Positions 39,348 to 52,097 of a DNA stretch of 64,000 bases are shown in pieces (positions within the stretch are counted from its first letter, which is position 1; every line of letters starts with the position of its first letter). The DNA comes from Phallusia mammillata (lineage: Eukaryota): positions 29,016,001 to 29,080,000 of the forward strand of contig OZ281497.1 of the NCBI GenBank assembly GCA_965637545.1, written 5' to 3'. Below the pieces are notes generated by a model that ran no database searches, had not been told where the DNA came from, and saw only the letters and a program-made list of their open reading frames with translations. Made by a program: the position numbers and the translations under genes.

Positions 39348-42300
39348 TTAATCCTCATCATCACTTTCATCCGTTGAATAGTCAGCACATTCTGGTTCCA
39401 AAAAAGGAATAATTTGAGGAGTTTCAAGGGAGTTTGAGGAAGTAGGCAATTCAAGATGTTCAGCGAAACTGCCTCTTAAGTTTTGCACAAGGCTTTGAAC
39501 TTTAAATTTTTGGCAAATCAAGTAGGAAGATAAATTACCATTGATTACAATTTCTCTCTCAAGTTGACAAATTAGTTGCTCATTAAACTGTAATACACTA
39601 GTCATTTCCCTTTTTACTATGACAATTTCTTCCTTTGACCTTTCCATAACAAAGTATCTGTCAAGTATTTTTTGAAAAGAATCTTGCTGTGTAGCATTTG
39701 GTATGTCATTAGGCTTTACAAAAATATCTGCAAGTGTTACTCTTTCAGGGCATTTGGTGACTTCAATGCCTGACATTGTGTTGTACTTCTTGATTAACTT
39801 TTTTGTTACCAATGTGACCCTTTTCATATTTTTGGATATCTTGTCAAAAATTGCTTGTCCAGCTATAGGAGGCAAAAAGAATAGTTTGTTCACTTGGCTG
39901 CAATATCCCCTATTCTTCTACTATACTATTTTCTGCTGTAATTATGATTAGTATTTGTTTCCAACATGATTTGGTAAACCAATCTATCTGAAAACTTACA
40001 TGAATACTTCCGTATTAAAGTTGAAAGGAAACTGCGTTCAAAGTTCTGACATTGCAACTTAACCAACAACTCCTGCCTTTTCTTTTCTGCTGCAGTCACT
40101 AGTAACAAGTCTAGTTCTTTCAAACTTAAGTTCTGAACACTTCCTTTTTTTCTTGATCCTTCAAGTTGTTTCTCTAACCTGTACAAAAGGCATTAGTATA
40201 GTGCTGTTATATTTGGCTAATTAAAGTTTTTCCTAAAACTGTAATATGCTAAATTTATACTACCTGGCAACCTGGCCTGTCAAGTCTAAGACCTCTGTAC
40301 AATCTGAATTTCCTTGAGTTTCAAGTGCATTAATACGAATTCTGTAAACAAAGAAAAATTGAGTGCTATTTATAATTGTTCAAACTGCAGTAAAACCATT
40401 TTAAACCTGTTTGCATTTAAATCGTGCATTTTTAATGCATATTCCTCTTTGTGTGAAAGTTTTAGCTCTTTGCATGCATCACTGATGACATAAGGGCATT
40501 TAGAAGCATTTTCTACCTCTGAAAGAGACAGTCCTCCTGTAAAAGTTTGTATTGGGTAAATCAATAAATTGACAAAATTAAGCTATAGTATATCAACTAA
40601 AATGCTGTTAAAAATAACCTTCAGTGTTGTTTTAAAAAAATACAGACCTGGATAGGATTCCATCATCAGAGAGAGCTCAGCTTCAGCCTGATGCAATGCA
40701 ACTTTAGCATTACTTAACCTTTGAACCAATATAGACCCTGCAAAGTGTTTTTTTAATAAATAAATTTTTACATATTTTTTCATATTATACTTAACCAACT
40801 TAAACATTGTTCTACCCAGGTTAAACTTTATTTTTCTTCCATAATGTAGGAGTGCATCAGTTAGTAAATCAATTCTATGTTCTGGTTTCATTTCTTTTGT
40901 TATTTTGGCAAATTTCCGTAGATATGACCAAAGTCTTTCAACAGTTTCTCCCTCTGTTAGTCCAAATCCAACTTTTCGCCTAGGGCTGTATTGCATCTGG
41001 ATTTTAATTAAATTTGAGTGTTAGAATTACTGTTTACTTTGTTTTACATGTAAAACCTCAGGTCATTACCTGGCATGCAACATTATGACCATAGCCATGA
41101 AAAATAGGCACAGCAAAAATGAACTTGTTTAAATTTGATGCAGGTAGTCGAATCTAAACCAATATATGAGTATATCTGGTTCGTAGTTAAAAAAGAAAAA
41201 CCCATCCCTGGCATACATACCTTTATGTGTTCCTGTAGTTTACATGCTATATCATAAAATATCTTTATGTCTGCATTTTTGTTTTGTTCCATAATTTTTT
41301 TCAAACAGAAAACTGGATAACCTAGCCTGGGCGCATTGACAGGCTAGCATTGAAAAAAACAGCAAAATGATTATAAAGCAGTTACTAACCTCTCCCCATG
41401 TTTCATATCAACAAACAATTTCGGATATGCATGCTTACAACATACACCAAAAATTCCTTTTACATCAAGTTTAGCTATTTTGTTGACAGAGCGGATTTTG
41501 GTTCCAGCTTTAAAATCACTACACATCTACACAAAAACAAAAACGTACTCACAGATTAGATAAATATGTTCTTAAATGTGTTTTTATTTGGATTTTACTG
41601 TTTTTGATGCTGTGTCATGAGCATAGCTGTTGACAAAGCCATCCACTTGCTCTTCATTAACAAAAAACAGGCCATTATGATGGGGAGAAGCACTACTTTT
41701 GCCAGCAGCCCTTCTTCTTACTAAGCCAAAATTTCCATCAAAGCAATACATATCTTCACATGTTGGATCCTAAACGTATTAAATTTCCTCATCAATTTCC
41801 AACTATGCCACTTGCTAATCTTTTGGTAACAAGTAAAACAACTACCCCTTTGCACGCTGGACATTGGGACCCATTGTCATTCAAATTTTGTAAAATTGAG
41901 GGCAGGTTGTTTTGAATTTGATAGACATGGTGTCTGTAAGATTCAAGGACTTCATTTAGCAAAATCTTCGAAAGGTCTTTTATCTGCTAAGTTTAAACAG
42001 CTTAAAAGTTTATCCTTTCAAGACTACCATAGATGTACATTTACCAAACAATTATATCCTGGTGTATTTTCATGCAACATTGTCATTGCAATGCAAAATC
42101 CATGAGTGGAAACCTGTTGTTCGAGACTAAGGGTACGGATAAATTCCATTAAATTAATGCTCACGGCTACCTTTGGGGAAACTGGTGAGCATGGCCATAA
42201 ATTGTACCTTAAAAGAGTGGCACTTTCCTGCTCACAGGAGCAAAATTCTGCTACTGCCAAGTGTTGAAATCCTATAAACAATATAAATTCAATTTTGAAA

Positions 42301-42911
42301 AGGTCATTGCTTTAAATGCACTGTGATAAATCACCTTTACTGTCTATTACAGTTAGTTTCTTTTTGTGCAATGTTGAGCAATGATGGCCATCACTTCGAT
42401 GCAAACAAACATCGTTTAGTTTTTTTTTGACAAACATGTTGTCCTAAATGAAATTTTGCATGAAATGTTAAATAAATTCAAAATCAAGAAAACAGCATAC
42501 CTGCCAAACATCTGGTCTATGGAATAGAACAAAGCAATGGACCTCCTCCCAGCATGAAACACAATAATAGGCATTCCAACCACAATCTTGGCATCTCAAC
42601 CCGTCTGTTTTAAAGTCCAAGCTAATTTTACATCGTGAACAGACACATCTTTCAGGATAACGAAAATTGCCTATTTCAACATTAAGGAGGTCTTTTTCCA
42701 ATTCCCTCCACCTTAGACTTAAAGTGGATCTTTTTTCGGCATAAGAAGAAGGTTCACAAGGGAAAGTACTGACTTCATCCTGAACTGAACTCTTCGTAGT
42801 ATCGGATTCATGCCTATTTTGCGATAAATATGAGCTACAAAACAGTAAGCACTTCTTCTTTTTAACACTTTTTATTTTGTACAGTGACGATATTTTTCTT
42901 CACCTAGGCAT
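39348..42911 (-). CDS. KDZ transposase with N-terminal CxC zinc-binding region, ~852 codons, 14 exons: 42911-42501, 42443-42335, 42271-42045, 41986-41846, 41769-41599, 41526-41390, 41326-41221, 41153-41070, 40996-40816, 40737-40648, 40536-40407, 40341-40264, 40178-40000, 39862-39348
   Basis: Motifs RCQDCG..YCVSCWEEVH..FHRPDVW, FCSCE..LLRYNLWP.SP, CPAC, CFDGNFGLVRR, CKHAYP..DMKHGER, FYDIAC, VPIFHGYGH..CQ, GFGLTEGETVERLWSYL. All phases are consistent. The only lesion seen is a TGA at codon 4 (MPR*RK). Confidence 0.92.
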
Positions 42912-43485
42912 AGCAAGACCAAGAAAAAACTAACAGCTGAAATACGTATGCCTGAATATGTGGAAGATTGATAAAATTGTCATTAGATGGTGAAGGTAAT
43001 TCGGAAATGCAGCCTTTAGGTTTAGAGTTAGGGAAACTGCCCATCCAAAACCGGGAACCACCCTACACAAAACAGGCTAAAGTTGCGACTTTTAAGCGTA
43101 GAATCCCTAATACAGGTTATAATACAACAGCATCAAGGCCCGAGATTACTCAGAATTCGACAGTTTCAAGCGTCTAAATCAGACGGATCGGGTGGCTGCA
43201 AATATGTGACGTAATATTAACACAGGAAGGTTGGATCGGCACTGAATGCTGACGTCAGTTAACATACTACTTGTTGCAATTTTTATTAATTATATGTGGT
43301 CATCGAAATTATTGTTTGAAAGTAAAGACAAACGCTCAAAGCTGTATACGTAATTGAAGTATTTTTGACTGTACTTGTCCATTAGGGTGGCCACCACACG
43401 CACCTTCGATCGCATTGTGAGTTACCATATTTTTTGTTATTTTCGTTGATAGTTAGTACAGTTAATCATTACAAAATTGTCAAAA

Positions 43486-43546
43486 ATGTCACTTCAACTC
43501 CTAAAGTTTGCTCTTTTTGTCTGTTCGTTGAGTTTGCTGCACAAAG
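43486..43546 (+). CDS. Signal-peptide first exon, paralog A (MSLQLLKFALFVCSLSLLHK|G)
   Basis: ATG to phase-1 GTAAGT donor, 61 nt; homologous exons at 46006 and 61947. Confidence 0.65.
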
Positions 43547-43599
43547 GTAAGTGGTTTTAAAAAAAATTTCTTCAAAAATGTCTACTGATAGAAGTAGAG

Positions 43600-43969
43600 T
43601 TCTTTGCAGTTTCGTGATCAAGCGCTGCAACCACGTAGAAATACCTGGTGCTTTCTGATGTAATGCTTCTCAGGGCAAATTGTGCTTCAGCCTGTTGAAA
43701 CCATACGCGTGGATTGGAGGTCCAAAAAGTTGGCAATTTCAATGTAACTGCATGTTGCTGTTGGGCTTCTTCTGGATTAGACATAGTATTCTTACAAATG
43801 CCGTTTGTAAGCTTCGGGGTCACCAAATGTGGCGAGCGTTAGCTGTTTATTTCGCGACGTCCAAAATAGAATGAATAAATACAAAGTGTCATACAAGCGA
43901 AGAAAGAGAACACGAGAAAAGGGCACATTTAACACGCTTTGATAAATGCGGGTCGGCAGAGTCGCTACA
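43600..43969 (-). mobile_element. Ty3/Gypsy LTR retrotransposon 5' relic: short LTR (~43969-43828), PBS, gag start
   Basis: TGTAGCG...CGCCACA followed by PBS TGGTGACCCCGA (matches the tRNA-Trp 3' end); gag reads MSNPEE..LKLPTFWTSNPRVWFQQAEAQFALRSIT..RYFYVVAAL. Confidence 0.8.
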
Positions 43970-44169
43970 GTCGCACAATATTGTAGCGAAATTTTATTTG
44001 CTTGTTATTTTTTGTCACCGTCACTTATTGTTTTCGTTCTTTTTCGTTGTGGCACCTTAATTACGTTTTTGTGTTATGGCACCCTCGCTGCTTCCCCTTA
44101 GGAGTGATTAGTTGTGAAAGCGTTGATTGCGACGGAATGTGCCTTCCTGTTCCGCATGCTTTGAATAGG

Positions 44170-44442
44170 GCGTCACTAGTCGATAATATGGCTTTTCTCT
44201 GGGCGCCGTGAAACGTGGTGGTGTTGGTGTTGGTATAGATGGTGGGTTGCCACGTGCCCGGTGTAACTTTGCTTTTACATTGTTTTAAATATAAGTCGCG
44301 CCCATAAGCTAAACCAGTGTGAGGGAGTATAATTGGCTTTAGTGGTGAGCCGTTATTGCAGGGTTCTGGACCGGTAGCAAATTAAGTAAGCAGGCTTGGT
44401 GCATACGATCGATTTATCAGGCCTGTCGAAATAATTCGGTAA
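44170..44442. repeat. Dispersed repeat, inverted copy of 14008-14262
   Basis: Reverse-complement match to 14008-14262. Confidence 0.8.
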
Positions 44443-44524
44443 CAATATCATGCAAACCTAATTTTTAATTTAATAATTTTTCACCATTCATACCATCATC
44501 CGGCAACGAGTGTTCAAAATCTAA

Positions 44525-45615
44525 CTCTTTGCCGGTTGGGTTATCCCTCTCCTCATTGCCATCACCTACTTGAACTCTGGCCAATTCGGCTACAACCGAT
44601 GCTGGCTCCCTGCCAACACCGCCATCCTTGTTGCCACGGTGATAGTTCCCATAGCAAGCTTTTTTATCTGCACCATTTCGCTGGCTCTACTGACGGTAGC
44701 CCTGATAGTGAAGAGACGAATCACACCTCTTTGCGTCATGCAGCGATCAACATGACGATGGATGACGTCGACATGGATCACGTGATTCAAATGTGGCTTG
44801 AACACTTTCTGGTGGGCGCGGTCCTCATTCTTCCATGGGCTATATTTTTTATGCCAGGTATGTGTTTTTTTTATGACATGGGACGAAGTAGTTTTTTACA
44901 TGCACAAAATGTGCATGTATCACGGCAGAGTCTGGTATTAGGAACAGCTTTGTCACCAAAACACATGTTCATTTACTAGATAGTCCAACCAACTTTTCAC
45001 GGCAATGTTTCAACTAATATTAAGTAGTCAACCTACGTTCTGGTGAAAAATCCTATTTTGCGCCCAGTGTTTTCTTTTATCACCCAAACTAGGGTTATAT
45101 ATTCCTAGCTGAAACGGGTTTTGTTCACAGGGCAGTCAACCGTTAAGAGCTGCCTGTACACAGTGTGCAATTTTCGCTAACAACTTATTTACGTACGTTT
45201 AGGTTACAACAGCTTGGCGGCTAATCTGCAAAATATCTACACCGCTTTCGTCTTTATGGCCATCCAAGGGATTCTAGTCTTCATTATCTACGTCATAGTA
45301 AGCCCTGATGTCAGAACGGCCCTGTTTGGCACAAACAAGTATTCGAGCACCTACAGCCTCTACTGGTACTGACCACAACAAAGCGGAGATAATTTGCCGA
45401 TCGAGAATTACACAGTGTATACTCGGGATAATCTGGATGAGCGAGAGAATGACCACGGGAAACCGGAGGACGGAGAGCTGGAGAGGACATCCAGACAACA
45501 GACGTAGCAGAACGCAGAAGAAAGTGAGCATGAAGCACAAAACAGCTTTACATCATTAGAACAACGAAAACAGCATGTTGGGCAAGAGTGGAGAGAATAC
45601 AACTCAAAAAAGTAG
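44525..45615 (+). pseudogene. Adhesion/secretin-class GPCR fragment (TM4-TM7 + acidic tail); exons ~44525-44857 and 45203-~45615
   Basis: Reads LFAGWVIPLLIAITYL..GYNRCWL..VIVPI; frameshift; FLVGAVLILPWAIFF; MAIQGILVFIIYVIVSPDVR. The tail has a further frameshift and a stop. Confidence 0.75.
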
Positions 45616-46005
45616 AGCGATTGTAACAAGAAGAGAAGCAAAAATAATACGAAAGCTAGAGACTCATGTAGGGTTCATAATACGCATCAGCACATTTGAA
45701 TAGGTGCTTACGACTGTGAACCCAATCAGCCCATAGTGTCTTATAATGTAGAAAAAGAAACCCGCTGACAAAGCTGTTGCCACACTTGACTCAGCAAGCG
45801 TGCCGGCCACAACAAAGATTAAATAAATATGTCAAACATGGAGGCAAAAATATGCTTATGTACTAGTTTATTTGCAAACACATATAGTTGTAAGTTATAT
45901 AGACAGTACTAAAGTAGCATTTTGAATAATTGTTTTGTTTTTTATATTACCAGATATAGTTGATGGTATAAAACAGTTGTATTTTTTTCCAAAAACACGA
46001 TAAAA

Positions 46006-48720
46006 ATGTCAATTAAGACGGTAAAGGTTGTCCTTTTTGTCTGTTTGATGAGTTTATTACATCGAGGTAAGTAAGTTTCGGCACATAACAAAAGCAATAA
46101 AGCATAGTCATTTGAAACTACCTTGTTTTAGTGGCGGCATAAAAAACTTACAAACTTCATAGACTTAGATGACATTTTACTGAAATTTATCAAATGAAAC
46201 CTAATTTGGGTAAGTTATAGGCTCGGTGTAAAAAATGGTGCCTGTAAACTGGTAAAAATATTCACCAGACCTAGAATAGCGACGCAAAGTTTCGATTCTA
46301 TATGGTTTTATCAGTGCAGCTGGTGACGAGAGATCGGCCGCATTGGCTAGTGTAGCCATTCAAAGGCACTCCAGTGTGCTGGGTGCCTTTACATTGATAC
46401 TGTGACACTAAGCCGACTTCACTTTGGTTCCCAAGTAGTTACTTGACCAATGTGCCACCCAGCTTACTCTTTGGTGTATGCCCAGTTGTGGCATCGCACA
46501 GACTAGCAGAGGCATGGGTTTTTACCCTGTTACTCCAAGCAAACTGGAGTGCCGTTGGATGGCTACACTAGCCAATGCGGCCGATCTCTCGTCACCAGCT
46601 GCAATGTGCACTGTCTGCAGCTTATCATTTAATACATTGATTTTGTTTCTAATGGTGAATTTCATGTTAAGTGTCGGACGGTCAGTGTCACGGAGGGGAT
46701 TTAACCGCAAGTCACGTCGTTGTAACCATTTTACCTCACTGTACCACATGGACTCGACGTTTCACCCTCCAATCGGGTGCCACAAGTTTGATTGCGTATT
46801 TTCGAAGTGGAAAGCTTGCTGCAGACAACTTTTGTAAGGTAAAGTCTTACAATTATAGCCTTTAAATTTAGTACATAAGATTTTTTGGTGTTTTTCTTTT
46901 TTAAATCTAGAGCGGACGTTGTGCACATAATGAATCTTCTGTCGAGCTGCCTGCATCGTATTGCTAGCTGTTGGTTAATTTCTTTCGTCGGTAGTTTATC
47001 CAGCAAAACAGTTTATATGAATGAGCTGCATGTATTCGTTTTCACACATATGCTCATATAACATGTTTACCTCGATTCGACTTGAGTAACGAACCAACAT
47101 TTTTTAACTATTTTAACACGAATTATCGCTTGTTTCGAATCCATAGATTACAAATTCTGTTGGAATGTTGTAGATTTTTTTTTTGCTTTGGAGTTATGTT
47201 TAAAACCAAGTTGTTCTTAGAGCAAATTCTGACTTTGATTTTAACCAAAAAGGGGCTCACTTCAGGCCTCACTCTGTACTCGGCAACATTTCTGTCGTAT
47301 TTTTGAAGTGGTTTATTCAAACGGGATATCTTTGATAAAAGTTCAGGTTTGGGTTATTTAGACGTTTGGACTCGGTGATAACTCCTAAATAAACTAATTG
47401 CCTTTAATATGTAAATTTTGAACAATAACCTCATTCTGTTTAATTTAGATTTACGAGGGATCCGACGACAATGGTACATTGGCTGGAACGTTAGAAGGTG
47501 GAGGCTTATCTTTTCCGGTTATCGCCAAAAGCTTGTCTGGTTACATATATTGTGTCACAAACCTCACATCGGAACCTGTGTCGTTTATTGTACAACAATG
47601 TAAGTCGGGCTTACGATTCATGTATAACCGAAACTTAACTACGAAGTTTTTTCTTGTCCATGGTAGCAACGAAATAAATTAAATTCGTTTAGCTCGTTTT
47701 GCAATTGTGTATGGGGAAACTTATTACGACACCCTTGTGGAGTGAAATGTAGCTCCACTTAATGCGCCGTAAAAGTCCCCGAGTGTATTTTCTGTATTGA
47801 TAATTTCATTTCCACAATCAGTTCGTTTTTTTAAAAAAAGGTAGATGGGTCCCTAAATCTAATCCCCAGTTTTAATTACCAATGTGGTATTTAGATCCAA
47901 ACGCATTGTTCCCCAAAACTGCATTTATGCCCTCAAACCCATAAGAAGTTCATTTTTTTCTTGTCCATGTCCACCAGTATTTAGGTTAACCCTTATTAGA
48001 TGGGATCTCTTATCATATTTGATTCGGTATAACGCTTCTTGCTGGTCTAGCGTACTGTGATGTATGATTAGCCCCAATATTGGCCACTACTGGTGCATAT
48101 CGTGGATAAGCTTTCTCTCATATATCGTTATATCCGCGTTAAACATCTAATTTTTCGCAGACACTGCAGGAGACAGAGAAGAAGTAAATGAAGCAACTGA
48201 CAACATCTTCCTCATTGTGATGTTTGTTCTTCTGGCTGCTGTAATTATCGGAGCTGTGTACTTCGTATGGGTAAAACTGGCTCAAGATCCAAAGGCGAAG
48301 CAAATTCGTCTGTAAATGAATTGTCATGCAATTTAAAAATCGTATACCCTTGTCAAAAAAGCTTAACATGTATGAATGTTGGTTTTAACAGCTTGTGGAA
48401 GAAAAAAAACTTTGCAGCGTTTGTTTGCAATTTAAAGTTTGATTTTTGAAAAAAAATTGGTAACTTGTCTACCACGTTTTAGACAATGAATGCTTTAATT
48501 AATTCCTTTGTATTCAGAAAATTACTTATTCAGAAAAAGTATTTCATTGTGTCTGTAATTTAAATGCAATACAGTCAAGCTTATATCGCTTTGAGTCTGT
48601 TGATTATGATGTGAAATTTAAATTCTCTTTCTCACAGTAGGAAGCGGCCAGGAAATTAAGCCCGAACTTGAAAGCAAAATTCCGAAACTCGGCCCAATGT
48701 TCGGTATAAATGAAGCCTGA
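46006..48720 (+). pseudogene. Single-pass membrane protein gene (signal exon 46006-46066; CUB-like exon 47449-47599; TM exon 48161-48311; uncertain last exon from 48638)
   Basis: Signal MSIKTVKVVLFVCLMSLLHR; IYEGSDDNGTLAGTLEG..PVIAKSLSGYIY..; TM NIFLIVMFVLLAAVIIGAVYFVW. The exon near 47220-47346 appears frameshifted. The CUB call is tentative. Confidence 0.55.
46315..46603. mobile_element. MITE with ~45-60-bp TIRs, in intron 1
   Basis: TGCAGCTGGTGACGAGAGATCGGCCGCATTGGCTAGTGTAGCCAT is perfectly inverted at both ends. Confidence 0.85.
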
Positions 48721-49059
48721 ATTGGCCCAGAAAGGTTTAAGTACCATTAAGACATAAATGTTTTTATTGCTTGTTGTCAAAATTAATGTATAACACAAAC
48801 AACATGAACAACAAAAAGCCGTCCACATTACAGATTATTTCCTTAGCCCTTTTGTTCTCTTAATACTAATCTTCTTTTCGGATTGAAATCATAGTTGGTC
48901 CTGAATATCTACAAGAAAGGTTTCAATTTTTATTAAGATTGACAAATTATGATCAGTGAAATATAACCTGGTCCCACAGAAAACGTTCATTCTTCCTCTT
49001 CAGCGTTCAAAACAATATTTCTGTTCGACCTACGGGGAAGCACGGCATTGGTTGAAGAT

Positions 49060-49215
49060 TCACCTTCTGGTGATATACAATGCACCATCTTTGGATTTTA
49101 CCAAATAAGATCTGGGTGCAACAAGTCGGAGCACTTGGCCGCAAATGGACCACGTCTTATTAGCATTGTTAAAAATTCTAACACAGTCCCCAGATTTCAG
49201 ACTGGAAAGATTATG
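49060..49215 (-). mobile_element. Gypsy integrase C-terminal remnant
   Basis: Reads LSSLKSGDCVRIF..KTWSICGQVLRLVAPRSYLVKSKDGALY, resembling the L..GD.V..W..G.V....RSY.V..G pattern. Confidence 0.6.
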
Positions 49216-52097
49216 TACATTGTGTCTGTTATTAAAATATGCTAAATCCCTTCAATGTTTCAAGCGGGTTTCCTCTTTTCTACATTATAACACACTGTGG
49301 CCTATAGGTTTACAGTCGTAAACTGCGCTGGCACCGTAACACAATGCAGGTGATTCAAACCGGATCAATACAGTTGTGTCGCTTATTGTGTAACGATGCC
49401 GCTATATCCAATTGTTCTGAACGCGTATTATGAACCTAACGCGAGTCTCTAGCGTTCTTTTCGATACACTGTGTTGAAACAAGATGCAGACAATGTACAT
49501 ATATTACTTCAGCAATACCAATAATACCAATGGTGCCTGTCAGCTAAAACACTTCGTATGCTTCAAGTATTCTTTTGTACATCAGAACACACATTGCTGT
49601 CTACTTAGGGCTTTCAGGCGCAAGCCATTGCAAACCCCGTAATACAATACAGGTAGTTCAAACTGGACCAATACGGTGTCGCGATCCTTTCACGATCTAA
49701 CTTTGTTTGTAAAGCTCAAACTATTTCGATGCATGAAAAACTTTAAGTATTTGTATGTCCTAAACAATAAATCAGAATAAGAACAGCCGGATCTGTTATA
49801 TGAACTGGCGTTTAATAAAACCCGTTTAACAATTAGTCTGCCACATAGTATTTTGCAACGGTTTTGCACAAACCACCGTTTAGTGAGTTACATTTCTTTC
49901 ATTTTTGAGGTCACCGCACTGGGCGATATTAGAAAGCCACCTAATGGGGCAAGGCTGTTAACAGCAATTCATACTTTGTGGTCAAACCAGAAAAAATGTT
50001 TTTCAATGTAACGTAAAAGCTGTTGTTTCTCATCGCTCAATCTTAGTTCTTATCTGGCAGACTAACTGTGAAGTGTTTTTTTAAAGGTCCAGGCTACTCC
50101 CAGGGACGAATCCCGATCAGGTTTTTTTTAAGCTCAAACTATTTTGATGCATGAAAAACTCTAAGTATTTGTATGTGTTGCGCTGTCTTTTATTATCGGA
50201 AATTCGAATCCAAAAGGCTAACAACAAGGTTTAAACATGTGCTTACCGGCCACTAAATATACAAGTCACGCATTGGCCGATTTAGTTTTTAAACAGCATA
50301 ATTTTCCTGTTCGTTACACAAAAGACAAACATAACTGACCAGTTAAAAAACGCATGCAGACGCTGTAAGTTTCAGTCACTAATAAACACGAGGCGACCTC
50401 GCTTACAAGACGTGATACCAATAAAACAATGCCAAGGTTGTGACATCATAAGCACCGATTGTGTGATAGATAATGTCACCAGGTTGCACAACATTGAGCC
50501 TTACAAGTAAGTTAAGGCTACTGGCGTGAAACATAGAAAACATAATAATATGTTCAGTGGCGATGTAAGTATGTCCTAAACATGAAATCACAATAAGAAC
50601 AGCCGGATCTGCTATATGAACTGGCGTTTAAAACAGATAAAAACCCATTTGACAGTTAGCATGCCAGATAGTATTTTGCAACGGTTTTGCACAAATCACC
50701 GTTTGAGTTACATTTCTCTCATTTTTTTTCTTTTTTTTCCTGGTCAGGTAATGAAAGCTGGAAGCTGTGTTAAAACTGTTGATTTTTTTTTAGTTCGGGA
50801 TGCACAGCAACAAAATTAAAACTGGCAAAATGTCCGCAATGGGTAATGTGCATAGATGAAACAAAAGAAATTCTGAATTTGTATGGAAGGTCTCACGTTG
50901 ACCATTCTCTGGCTCTTATACAATTAAAAGAGCCCGAAGAAAACATTAAGCTTAAAACTATCATTAAATCAAATGGAAACATAACTTTCGGCCTTGGATC
51001 AGACGGAGGATTTTTCAAAAAATCCGTTTCCAAGTCAGGTACGGTTGAAAGAGTGTTCTGGTTGAAAAATCCACATTTTTCTAACACATATTTTTTTTGC
51101 AGCCAAATGAATCTGCTCCTCAGAACGGTAAGTTATTGAAATATGGTCACAAAATGAAACGTTTACAAATTTAAAGTGGTTTGAAATCATTCTTTGGGCA
51201 CATCACTGTAACAGGAAAAGTATTTAGCCATTATGATGATTATTATTATGCTGTTTCTTTTAGTTTTCAACGTAGAGCAGATGCACGGTTTGGCACTGGG
51301 GTGATCAATCGCCAAGATGGCCGAGTAGCTAGCGAGACCGCCTTGTGTCAAAAAATTAGCGGTTTTGAGCCTGTCTCGGTCACTTGTGTTTCCGTAAGCA
51401 TAAAACTTGAGCGACATTTAACCTAGTGGCGTCTGATTGGTTGAAATGAGAGTCACCGACACCTGAAAAAAGTCGCAAAAATCAAATGCTAGACTGATTG
51501 TCACTTGTTTTTTTCAACCGGGGCAACTTTGCGAAAATGTCATCACATCTATGACTTTAATAGTGAAAGAAAATAATGGCCCATACAGGCGTAAAAAGCG
51601 GCATGTTTTATATTTTTAAAAATAATTCTATTTGAACATGAAGGGCTAGTTCATTTTAGTTTCAATTTTAATGGCCTGCTGTCAACACATATCTGGCGAA
51701 TGTGTCATCAAATTTAGCTCAAAAAACTCCAGGGGTGCACAACCTGTGGTGGCAGGTACAGATTGTGTGACTGTGAACATGTTAAGGTAGAATGTACACT
51801 AGTTAACCAAACACTGGCACCATTTTATGAAATAAAAACCAGAATGCAGGCAATGTCATAAATCATTAAGTTGTTTCTTTTATTGTTTTGTACGCCTTCG
51901 CTTGAATAAGGAATCGATTGTTTCCATTTCTCCAGCATCCGAAATTATTTTATCATCTGTAATAGATCACACACATATAAATTCAAATCCTCATATAAAA
52001 AATAAATTCAGGTCGCGATTCGAAAATATAATATAGATTTTAGTTTTAGGACGGTATATTTTACTAACAAAAGTGAGTATATTTGTAAGCAAGTTGT

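Larger units (their letters stand above)
32523..43194. mobile_element. Full-length KDZ (Kyakuja-Dileera-Zisupton) superfamily DNA transposon, 10,672 bp
   Basis: TIRs start CACCCGATCCGTCTGATTT(C)AGACGCTTGAAACTGTCGAATTCTG, with imperfect match to ~107 bp (32523-32629 / 43089-43194). Direct repeat GCTGCAA (7 bp) immediately outside both ends. Encloses a KDZ transposase gene. Confidence 0.92.

Noticed and set aside
32523-43194. TET/JBP dioxygenase cargo as in fungal KDZ elements
   Set aside because: No HxD...H 2OG-Fe motifs were seen; the space is accounted for by the two genes, the array and the MITE. Intron 1 (32834-34113) has only stop-interrupted frames.
49290-50720. Local duplications (49700-49880 vs 50130-50720) and an inverted match to 61545-61680
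   Set aside because: They look like ordinary fragmented interspersed repeats, and I could not define termini.
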